Part shown: positions 53,513-64,000 of the stretch, one piece after another | Numbering within the stretch: position 1 is the first letter of the stretch | How the letters are laid out: every line of letters starts with the position of its first letter | Assembly: GCF_006345805.1 (NCBI RefSeq) | Contig: NC_043013.1 | Span: 25,916,001 to 25,980,000, forward strand | Direction of reading: 5' to 3' | DNA from: Octopus sinensis | Lineage: Eukaryota | DNA length: 64,000 bases | Translations under genes and position numbers: made by a program | Notes under the pieces: generated by a model | What the model saw: the letters and a program-made list of their open reading frames with translations, nothing else | The model's database searches: none | What the model was told of the DNA's origin: nothing

Positions 53513-53565
<53 letters not shown>

Positions 53566-53782
53566 ACACATACATTTTCAATTTTCATTGGTTTTACTCC
53601 ATTAATTCATGTGTCTACTTCTTCATAAAAGTCCTTATTTCCTTTCCCAAGTAAAAGATAATACATTTTACTGATTTCATTGATGTAAAGATGTAAGCAA
53701 ACGTATGCGCAGGCGCACACTCACACACGTATATACACATCTGTATATGTATGCACATACATAGGTGTATAAATATGTATTC

Positions 53783-53832
<50 letters not shown>

Positions 53833-53852
53833 ATACATATGTATGTGTGTGA

Positions 53853-54050
53853 CTCTTTTACTTGTTTCAGTCATTTGACTGCGGCCATGCTGGAGCACCG
53901 CCTTTAGTCGAGCAAATCGACCCCGGGATTTATTCTTTGTAAGCCCAGTGCTTATTCTATCGGTCTCTTTTGCCGAACAGCTAAGTGACGGGGACGTAAA
54001 CACACCAGCATCAGTTGTCAAGCAATGCTAGGGGGACAAACACAGACACA

Positions 54051-54110
<60 letters not shown>

Positions 54111-54508
54111 ATGTGTGTAAGTATGTGTGTTTATCTGCATATGTATATATCTCTATACGTATGGATATGTACATATATATGTGGGTGGGTGCTTTGTGTG
54201 TGTGTGTGCCTCTCTGTGTGTGTGTGTGTACGTGTGCGTTTATGTATGTATGTAAGCATGCTTATGTGTGTGTGTGCGTGCGCGCGTGTCTGTGTCTGTG
54301 TCTGTGGCTCTATGTGTGATTGTATTTTGAGCTGAGTTGTTACAACCGTATCTGATTCTTCAAGTGCTTCAGTTCTGTGCATGTACATTATATTTATTAT
54401 ATTTGCTAGATTTGCTGACATTTATCAATGGTATCTCGTATCGTATTGATGCGCCATTTTCTATCATTAATAACATTGTCGGCATTTTTGTCGACACGGG
54501 TGTGTTAG

Positions 54509-54548
<40 letters not shown>

Positions 54549-54566
54549 ATATATTATATATATATA

Positions 54567-54601
<35 letters not shown>

Positions 54602-54812
54602 CGTGTGTGTGTTTGTGTGTCTGTGTTAGTCCTCTAGCATTGCTTGACAACCGATGCTGGTGTGTTTATGTCCCCGTCACTTAGCGGTTCGGCAAAAGAG
54701 ACCGATAGAATAAGTACTGGGCTTACAAAAGAATAAGTCTCGGGGTCGAGTTGCTCGATTAAAGGCGGTGCTCCAGCATGGCCGCAGTCAAATGACTGAA
54801 ACAAGTAAGTAA
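53853..54812. mobile_element. Inverted pair of headless SINE A tails (53853-54030 minus, 54630-54812 plus)
   Basis: Arms >90% identical by eye, separated by microsatellite and unique sequence. Confidence 0.8.
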
Positions 54813-54899
54813 AAAAGTATATATAAGTGAGCCCGTTTTTATCATCATTATTATTGTTATTATTGTTATTGTTGTTGTTATTGGTGCTGTTGTTATTAT

Positions 54900-55110
54900 T
54901 AAGGTGACGTGCTGGCAGAATCGTTAGCACGCTGAACGAAATGCTTAGCGGTATTTTTCCCGTCGCTACGTTCTAAGTTGAAATTCCGCCGAGATCAACT
55001 TTGCCTTTCATCCTTTTGGGGTCGATAAATTAAGTACCAGTAAAACACTGAGGTCGATGTAATCAATTATACCTGTCCCCCCAAATTTCAGGCGTTGTGC
55101 CTTTAGTAGA
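54900..55110 (+). mobile_element. Monomeric SINE family B with (TTA)n tail
   Basis: aaggtgacgtgctggcagaatcg...aagttgaaattcc...agaaaggattattatt. Confidence 0.85.
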
Positions 55111-55114
55111 AAGG

Positions 55115-55158
<44 letters not shown>

Positions 55159-55419
55159 TATTATTATTATTATTATTAGGCACGTTTATATACATATACA
55201 TACGCATACTTACTTGTAAATATACATAAATGCAAATATATACAGACGCCTACATGTATATAGATAAATATAAACACATAAACACGTACATACATACATA
55301 CATACATTCATACATACATACATACGTACGTACGTACATACATACATACATACGTACGTACATACATACGTGCCCACATTGAGAGAGATACGCACATGCT
55401 TACAATTTGTGGCACGCTG

Positions 55420-55429
55420 AGCCAATCAG
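55420..55429 (+). promoter_or_regulatory. CCAAT box (NF-Y consensus) upstream of the SLC6 start codon
   Basis: AGCCAATCAG, ~75 bp upstream of ATG 55501, in unique sequence. Confidence 0.5.
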
Positions 55430-55500
55430 AAACAAGCTAGAAGCAGAGCGTCAACACACAACACTCTGTTACGCTGAGTTGAGGTTAAAGCATTCGCGAA

Positions 55501-55714
55501 ATGGAAAGTAAAAATTTATCCACAGAATACGAGAATGGTGTCGAACAATCTCTACCATTGAATTCAACCACATCGTTGGCGACAAATGCGCCCGAAGAAA
55601 GTTCACGTGGAGCATGGGATAATAAAATACAGTACATGTTTATGGTGATCAGCTACGCCGTCGGATTAGGAAATGTATGGAGGTTTCCGTATTTGTGTCA
55701 GAAACATGGAGGAG
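55501..55714 (+). CDS. First coding exon of an SLC6 (sodium:neurotransmitter symporter) family transporter, most like the B0AT/SLC6A15-20 amino-acid transporter branch
   Basis: [37 protein letters not shown] (TM1 signature), ending at phase-1 donor G|GTTAGT at 55715; next exon not found in the window. Confidence 0.95.
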
Positions 55715-56775
55715 GTTAGTTGCTACCATCTCTCTTTCTTTCTATCTGTCTGTCTCTTACTCTCTTTCTTTCTTTCTCTCTCTCTCTTTCTCTTTCATTT
55801 CTCCCTTTCCCACTTTAGAAATGTATATTTTTTGTGAATGAATGAGTGAGTGAGTGAATGGAGTGTGTTGTAATGAATGTATGTGTGTGTGTTTACTATG
55901 TGCGTATGTTTCTTCAGCTTCTTGATGTAAATGTATTTAAGGCGCTTCTCTCGCTCTATCCGCGCGTTTAGCTTCGTGTATATTCTCAAATGTATTGTTT
56001 AGTTTAGGTTAAAAAGAGAAAAAAAAAAAAAGATCGACAGATTAGAGAAAGAAAAACAAAGTGAAAAAGAAAGCGAAGGTAAAAGAAAATTCGAAAAAGA
56101 CATTTATCTTCGGCGATAAATGTGCTTTGAGGAAGGTAAAATCGCGTGCTTGTGTTTTCATAAAATCTTCGAATGTTGTCTTCATTTTCACGCTTGGTAT
56201 GGCCCTGTTTACACTGTCGGCTTTGGGATCTCTCATTCATTTTCTTTCTTTCTTTCCCCCTTCTATTTCATTTGCTTAATATTTCCATTTTCGTTTTATA
56301 TTTTCGTGTTCTGTTATTTCCGAAATCATTCAATGACAACCGTTATATAAGAACAGAGAACCCCCCCTCCCCACTAAGTGTCAGACCCGCCTGCCCGGTT
56401 TTCGATTCTCTGTGTTGATTCCAAATTTAGAAATTTTCTTTTATCAGTGCCCTTGGGAAAGGCATGAAAGTCACAATTCCATTTTCTCTTCTACTACTTT
56501 AAATAAGAAATCAATATACCAGTATTTTTTTTTATTTGTTTATGTTTTTTTTTTTTACTTGTCAGCTTAAAGGTATGTAACCCGTAAAGGTGTAACGAAA
56601 GGCTTCTAGATAAAATGTCGGTGCGTCGTGAGGGCCAGCCTCTATGTTTCACCCTCCAGACTCAAAACAATCAAGAAACACGTCATTAACATGAAAATAT
56701 TAAGATTTAATTTGTTTTGACGCAATATCTCTCTTTCCGATCTCCATCATTTTGTTTGGAAAAACACTTTTCCTG

Positions 56776-59700
56776 GGCGCAGGCGTGGCTGTGTAGAAAG
56801 CAGCTTGCTTTCCAAACACATGGTTCCAGGGTTCAGTCCCACTGCGTAGAACCTTGAGTAAAATTTCTTCCACTATAGCCCCGGGCCGACCAAAGCTTTA
56901 TGAATGAATATGAGAGAAACCCGTCATATATGTGTTGCATGTGTGTCTTGTGTGCATATGTGTATTTATCCCCCACCTCCCGACCGATTGACAACCAGTG
57001 TTGGTTTGTTTACGTCCCCGTAAACTAGCTGTTCTGCAAAAGAAACCGAGAGGATAAATACCAAGCTTTAAACAATCAAGTACTGAAGTTGATTTGTTCG
57101 ACTTATAAATTTTCAAGGCGGTGCCCCAGCATGGCCGCAGTCTGAAACAAGTAAAAGGTAAAAGATACAAAAAAGATAATAAACGATATAACCGTCCTAA
57201 TGCATCCTCATAAACTTCCTCGAAGTCCGCAACTGATCATAGCTCAGCTCCGTTTTATATACGCGGCTTCAGAAGACATAGCATTTGCCTGGCGAACGAT
57301 TTTTCACGAAGTTTTCAACGAAGAGCTTAATTCCCGCCCGGCAAGACTTTTGTCTTTCATCCCGCCGGAACGACCATAATAATTGGCGATTCTCATTATC
57401 AACAGCCGTGAATTTGCAACAATGCAAATAGATGTCAGAATAATGCAATGCAAACGTTTTCGGAATTGAATTTTCTAAAGAAAATAAAACAAACAATAAT
57501 GTTCAAATATATGTATTTATTTATTTATTTATTTATTTATTGTATGTGTGTATAATATCCACGTGGCTGTGTGGTAAGAAGCTTGCTTCCCGACCACATG
57601 GTTCAGGGTTCAGCCCACCGCGTGGGTCTTTGGAATTGTGTTCTGCCATAGCTTCGGGCCGAGTAAAGCCTTGTGAGTGGATTTGGTAGTTGGAAACTGA
57701 AAGACACTTGTCGTATGCGTATGTGTGTATACGTGTGTGTGTGTGTGTGTGTGTGTTCGTGTCCCTCACCACCGCTTGATAATCGGTGTTGGTGTGTTTA
57801 CGTCCCTGTGATATAGCGGTTCAGCAAAAAAAAAAATGACTGATAGAAATAAGTACCAGGTTTGGAAAAAAAAAAGCGGCGCACGGATTTCTTTCTTATT
57901 TCGTTGCTTATCCAAGAATCTGGTGAAGTCTCTTCTACATCGAATCAAAGAACTCAATCCTTACATAGTCCAAGCATTATTGTTTGTTTCTTCAGGAAAT
58001 CCAATTCTATTCGTGTTAAGAGTTGTATTCTATCATTTCTCTGGTTCCTGCCTGCATTTTCCCTTCAAATATTTATTTGCTGGCTCATCTCTATCGAAGA
58101 GAATACCTACGTTCCTTCTTTTGCGAACATTAACTTTGTACGTAATCGAAAAATATTGTAATTCTGTGGATTATATTGATCTGGTTTTGCTAAAATCTTT
58201 TAAGTAATTTATTTCTCTGTTAATTAACGTTATGTTGCTCGAACTAAGATGCAGGGCTCAGGAAAGAAAGTTCCTTCGGACAAAAGGCTTTCGGTTCGAA
58301 TTGGACCGGAAGGAAAAAGAACCATAAGTGGCAATGATGTGTTATTGAGAGAGCAGAGGTGTTCTTTTATTCTTTTTAGTCATTGGACTAAGGTCATGCT
58401 GGAGCAACGCCTTTAGTCGTGCAAATCGACCACATGACTCATTTTTTGTAAGCCTAGTAATTATTCTATCCGTCTCTTTTGCCGAACCGCTAATGTTACC
58501 GGAACGTAAACACACCAGCATCGGTTGTCAAGCGATGTTGGGAGGACAAACACAAACACACACATACGACGGGCTTCTTTCAGTTTCTGTCTACCAAATC
58601 CACTTACAAGGCTTTAGCCGGCCCGAGGCTATAATAGAAGACACTTGCCAAAGGTGCCACGCAGTGGGACTGAACCCGGAACCATGTGGTTGGTAAGCAA
58701 GCTATTTACCACACAGCCACTCCTACGCCTACATTTCTTTCTTTTTTGTTGTCGCCTTGTGGCTGGAAGTTGATCTGTGATTGAATTTGTTGTAGCTAAT
58801 CTTCCCTGAGTGCATCCTTGAATGGTTGGTTGGTTGGTCCGTCGTTACTTTACCCAGTTTTTTCTATTTTTGACTTTCAGCAGAGTCCCTTTTAGGTGGG
58901 CATTTGAACAATTGAGGACCTCTAAGTAGTAGACTGATGCAATAGAGTGTAATTTTTGCTCGTAATTTCGAAGGGGCATATTTGGAAGCTGATAAAATAT
59001 GAATTAGATAGTGCATCAAAATTCTGCCTAATGCCAAAGTTTGGAACATAGAAACCTTGGGATTTTTGCGATGATTGCATAAGGATGATGTTAGGTATGT
59101 TGTGGCAGTGATGCGATACAGAAAACGTGATGGCGATTTTATAGCAGCGGAGATGCTGCGTTTGTTGTTGTGTAGCTTCAAGTTAGCCCTGATCGAGAGG
59201 ACGTATGATGAAAGGCATTCTATCGATGACCATCCCGTCATTTTGTATTTCACTATGCAACGTGTCTCCTCTTCCAAGACGGCAGAGTGTGACCGGTAAA
59301 AGATTTGGCTGCTATTTCTAGCAACACGGATTGTGTTGGATCGTGCTGCTGGGTTGCCGTTGTTTACCCTACGTCAGCCCTGATAGAGCAAACCTGTGGT
59401 CAACAGCAATCAAACCGTGACCATCCCGTCATTTTTCCTGTGCAGAAAACCTATTTTGCTCGTTATCGAACTTGACATCCCTTTTTATCCTGTTTTTATA
59501 TATTTATGTAAGACGACAGGATTTTGGTTTGAGCGGGGTTTTGACAGCCATTTCTAGCATGCTTATCAGACAATAGCATAGCGGTTCGCTGGTTAGTTCA
59601 TGCTGCGCAGGTGATTTGTGAAGGTGTTGTTGCTGTTAATCCTGTTGCAGGCAACGTGACAGCGATGCTATTTTGGTAATGTGGTGGTGGAGACGAGTGC

Positions 59701-59968
59701 TGTAGTAATGATGATGATGAAGATGATGATAGTAGTGGTGAAGGAGAGACAGACTGACAGACAGACAGACGGACAGGCAGCGACGGTGTTAGTAGGTGGT
59801 GCAGTTAACGACGTGCAGAGCTGTTGGCCTGACAGTCAATCATATTATTAGGTGCGATGCTGAGGAGGTGATGCTGTGGTGATAATCTATGTCCTTTCGA
59901 CCGTGACAAGGTCTAGAAAGGACTACGTTACCGGCGTCTCCGTTTCACACCCTTGCGGCGTGTGTGCG

Positions 59969-60009
<41 letters not shown>

Positions 60010-60065
60010 CCATATATAATATATATAATCATATATACTATATATAATATATATATATATACTAT

Positions 60066-60096
<31 letters not shown>

Positions 60097-60136
60097 TAAT
60101 ATATATATAATACATATATACATAAATAATATATAT

Positions 60137-60235
<99 letters not shown>

Positions 60236-60451
60236 TTGATTCAGTCATTAGACTGCGACCATGCTGGAGCACTGCATCGAAGAATTTTTATTGGAATGAA
60301 TCGAATCCAGTGTTTTTTTTTTCTTTAAGTTTGTCACTTATTCTATCGGCGTCTTTTTGTCGAACCGCTAAGTTACGGGTATGTAAACATATAAACACCG
60401 ATTGTGAAGCGGTGGTGGAGGACAAACGCAGACGCAAAGACACGCAAAGAT

Positions 60452-60507
<56 letters not shown>

Positions 60508-60670
60508 ATTTATGACGGGATTCTTTCAGTTTCCATCAACCAAATCCACTCACGAGACTTTGATCAGCTTAATGCTAGAGTAGATGATACTTGCCGATGG
60601 TGCTATATAGTGGGACTGAACCCAGAACCATGTGGTTGAGAAGTAAACTTCTTAATCTATCACGCCTGCG
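56776..60670. mobile_element. Four intronic SINE A copies: 56776-57160 (+), 57560-57870 (+), 58375-58730 (-), 60238-60670 (-)
   Basis: Head and tail motifs as in other family A copies. Confidence 0.8.
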
Positions 60671-62140
60671 CCTCTACACACATACACGCACACACATACA
60701 TACATAGATACATACACATACACATGCATACGCACGCACACACGCACTCGCATACATAAATACAAACCAACACACATACATACGCATACATACATACACA
60801 CGCATATACACATACAAACATACACATACATACGTATATACATAGACACGCATGCACACACACGCATACATACATACATGCATACATACATATACGCACG
60901 CGCGCAAACACACGCGTACACGCATACACACATACATACACACACACGAACGTGCACACACACACACACACACACACACACGAACGTACACACACGAACG
61001 TACACACACACACATATACACAGACACACACACACACACAGCTATTATCAACGTGACTGACTCCATCGCTAGTCCGCCCCTAACACACCTACTTCGCTCA
61101 TCTTTTCACACATCGATAACCATCAGACAATTCTGCTTTGTTTTTATCGACCCCGAAGGGTTGAAAGGCAGCGTTGACCTTTGCCAGATTTGCAGACTCA
61201 GAACGTAAAGGGAACCGAATCAAAACAACACAAATATTCGTCCATGATTTTATTTAATGGACGACAAACACTGATTACGTCGAGGGACATGACACAACAG
61301 GAAAAGCCACATGAAAACACCTGAATGCATTTATGTAATGTTTGTGTGTATGCATGGAGGTATGCATGCATGTTTGTATGTAAGTGTGTATGTCTGTATG
61401 TCTGTCTCTGTGTATGTAATCAAGTATGCATGTATGGATGGGTGGATATTTCGTGTATGTATACATCTATGTATGTATGTGTGTATGTGCGTATGTATGT
61501 ATGTATGTATGTATGTATGTATGTATGTATGTATGTATGTACGTACGTATGTATGTACGTACGTATGTATGTATGTATGTATGTATGTATGTATGTATGT
61601 ATGTATGTATGTATGTATGTATGTATGTATGTATGTATGTATGTATGTATGTATGTACGTACGTACGTACGTATGTATGTATGTATGTATGTATGTATGT
61701 ATGTATGTATGTAGTATGTATGTATGTACGTATGTATGTATGTATGTATGTAGGAATGGATGGATTATTTCGTGTATGTATGCATGTATGTATGTATGAA
61801 CGTACGAATGTATGTCTGCATGCATGTATGTACGCATGTATGTATGCGTATATATATGTAAGCATGTACATATATATAGGCATACCCACACACACACATA
61901 TATGTATGTATATATATATATATACATATATGTGTGTGTGTGCGTATGCCTATATGTATGTATGAATGTATTTGTAGGTATCTATGTATGTATGTGTGCA
62001 TGGATGTATGCTTGCGCATGTATGTATGAAAGCATATATATGTATATGTATACGCACACATTTATGTATATACATACATACATACATACATACATACATA
62101 CATACATACATACATACATACATACACACATACATACCAG
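60670..62140. repeat. Large compound (CA)n/(TATG)n/(TA)n microsatellite
   Basis: Direct inspection; interrupted by a SINE B fragment at ~61140-61240. Confidence 0.95.
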
Positions 62141-63254
62141 ACTCTTTCAAATGTTTGGTTTTTATTTTATTTTATTCATTTCGTTTCAATCCGAAAATAC
62201 GAAGAAACGCCACTTTATTTGATGTCCATTCTTTCTTTTCCTTAAGACATTACGGCGGTGAGATTTGAGGAAGACGTGGGTTGCTGTTTCTAGGAGATCA
62301 AGCGATAGACATAGAAGCACCCTCGTTAACCCGTAGCTGTAAATGATGTTGCGGGTTATTGCACTTGTTGTTGTTGTTGATGACGATGATTATGATGATG
62401 ATGATGGTGATGGTGGTGGTGGTGGTGGTGGTGGTGGTGGTCATGATGGTGATGATGATTATGAAATGGTGCAGTCCCAGGAATTTTTCGAAGAAAGGAC
62501 ACGAGGTCAGAAAGGAAATACAATTCCAGAAGAAAAGGGCGTAATAACATTATTTAGAAGGGCACACTTCTTATTTTTGAGTGGGGCACGTGCCCCTCGG
62601 TGTCACCCCCACCTCCTTGGGTCCGCCCCTGATGATGATGATGATGATGATGATGATTACAGTGAGAGAATAGTTGAGTTATTAAAAAGGGGAGTTTTTG
62701 ATGCGATGAAGATAACACAAATTGTATTTCACCTGCTATTCTTTCGGTATCGACTAAATAAATACCAGTGTTGTACTGGGGATCGATGTCTTCGACGTCT
62801 CATCTGCCCCAAAATTCAGCCCTTATACTTAGAAAGGATTATTATTATTTCTCTTTTGTTTCGCTTTTTGCCTATTTCGTCTTTATTCTGGCCCCAACGA
62901 TATGGACCTTTGGGGGAAAGTAGTACGGATACAAAATCGAACCTAACGACCTTACGACCGTGAGCGATATACCTTGACCTTTGGTATGGACCTTTGGGGC
63001 AAAGTAGTACGGATACGCGCCTTCCCAGATTTACTAAGATAATTAAATGAAATAGGGATACCTGAACATCACTATCAGTTAATTAGTACAAATCATAAGA
63101 GTTTCCGGAGCATTTGTGTCGGGAAAGACACCCTCTCAATTTTGCTTTTCATTCCTCCATGATCGATAAAGTACCAGTCGCGTAATGGGGTCGATGGTAT
63201 TGACTTTGCCCTTACTCTCAAAATTGTTGTGCCTATAATAATAGAAAAGGCGAA

Positions 63255-63560
63255 AGGGGTTGTGGGGTCTGGACAAGGCTGAGAGGTTTGAAGAAAGACA
63301 CCTTCTTCTTCGGTCAAGCTTTCATCGACTTTTTTTAAAGTTCCACTTTGAAAGGAAAGTGAAGCTGGAGAGGGAAGTGATGCCTTGCAGTGAATTTGTG
63401 AAAAAATGGGTGACTGGCAAAACTGGTTCGAGCGAAGGGCCCTACTCCAAGAATGCACCTGTAGACGGGAGAGCAGGGAGAGACGGTTCGTGCCTTTGGC
63501 GGTCAGGGTAACTATGAACCTATGGGGTCGCTTGGGTGGCCCTAGCTGGAGTTTCGCCTC
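63255..63560 (+). pseudogene. Tx1/L1 ORF2 3' end relic
   Basis: FLKFHFERKVKLEREVMPCSEFVKKW; similar to the 3' end of the 23140-25260 element. Confidence 0.55.
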
Positions 63561-63781
63561 TAACAGAGGGACCCCATCATTCCCTTTTATTGTATTTCAC
63601 CGTCTTTCCATTACTTTTTCCTCATCCTTTATGTAAATCCCTACACAAATTGTGTGCTTGTGATGTTCCCCTCATCCATGCCCCTGTGGCTAATAAAAGA
63701 AATTATCATTATCGAAAGTTTTATTACAATATCACAAGGTTTTTTTCGTTGTTGTTGACTGTTTTTCTACTCGATGTAAAT

Positions 63782-64000
63782 CAGTGATTCTCAATCGTTT
63801 TCTTCGTATATGAACCCTTTTAATTCCTATTTTACTCAACTGGACCCTCATAGCCATTCGATGTGTATAACAAAACAACCTGCTGTATTTTTATGATTAA
63901 ATATTATTACGAAATCTATAAAAAAAAAAAACAACTGAAATATTTTGTGTATTGCAGAAGTATAACCGATTTTATTGTACATAAATTTTATCTACAAAAT
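63782..64000. mobile_element. Possible left end of a hAT-like MITE
   Basis: cagtgattctcaatcgttttc resembles CAGTGGTTCTCAAC-type TIRs; right end would lie beyond the window. Confidence 0.35.

Noticed and set aside
55715-55840. Strong pyrimidine tract ending TTTAG at 55818 as a possible SLC6 exon 2 acceptor
   Set aside because: Would give E-M-Y-I-F-C-E-stop instead of the conserved GAF..PY; the tract is a CT microsatellite.
57960-58030. PYIVQALLFVSSGNPILF resembling SLC6 TM2
   Set aside because: Wrong PY-to-G spacing, no conserved E or GQ, and no suitable acceptor.
58864-59299. Overlapping 137-aa and 74-aa ORFs in the SLC6 intron
   Set aside because: No recognisable domain or splice context.
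60652-62268. Many 100-200 aa ORFs (MYVC, HTYI, CV repeats); likewise at 4591-4878, 11281-11731, 16321-16716 and 27169-28412
   Set aside because: Translations of microsatellites that lack stop codons; no protein signal.
62901-63016. Two 32-bp direct repeats with a 52-nt spacer (CRISPR-like look)
   Set aside because: Only two units, eukaryotic context, no cas genes; the spacer resembles a SINE C head fragment. Local duplication.

Overview
Eukaryotic, AT-rich, extremely microsatellite- and repeat-dense genomic DNA. The SINE families and the (TA)n/(TTA)n/(TATG)n load best fit an octopus/coleoid cephalopod genome (inference, not proven). Only one host-gene exon is recognisable: the first coding exon (55501-55714, +) of an SLC6 amino-acid/neurotransmitter transporter, with a CCAAT box upstream and an intron running past the window end. 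The rest is decayed transposons (R4/Dong-type RLE LINEs, RTE, RTE-X, Tx1/L1, CR1, Tc1, DD41D mariner, hAT- and Helentron-like non-autonomous elements) plus three tRNA-derived SINE families. Most interesting: (1) a 78-nt hairpin at 12133-12210 with canonical pri-miRNA geometry in unique sequence; (2) two type I hammerhead ribozyme motifs, one enclosed in a ~95-bp-arm inverted repeat (38447-38816); (3) several retroelement families that each appear to sit in a different microsatellite ((TAA)n, (CATA)n, (TA)n), often one supplied by a SINE. All calls are by eye; no searches or folding were run, and coordinates of decayed elements are approximate.
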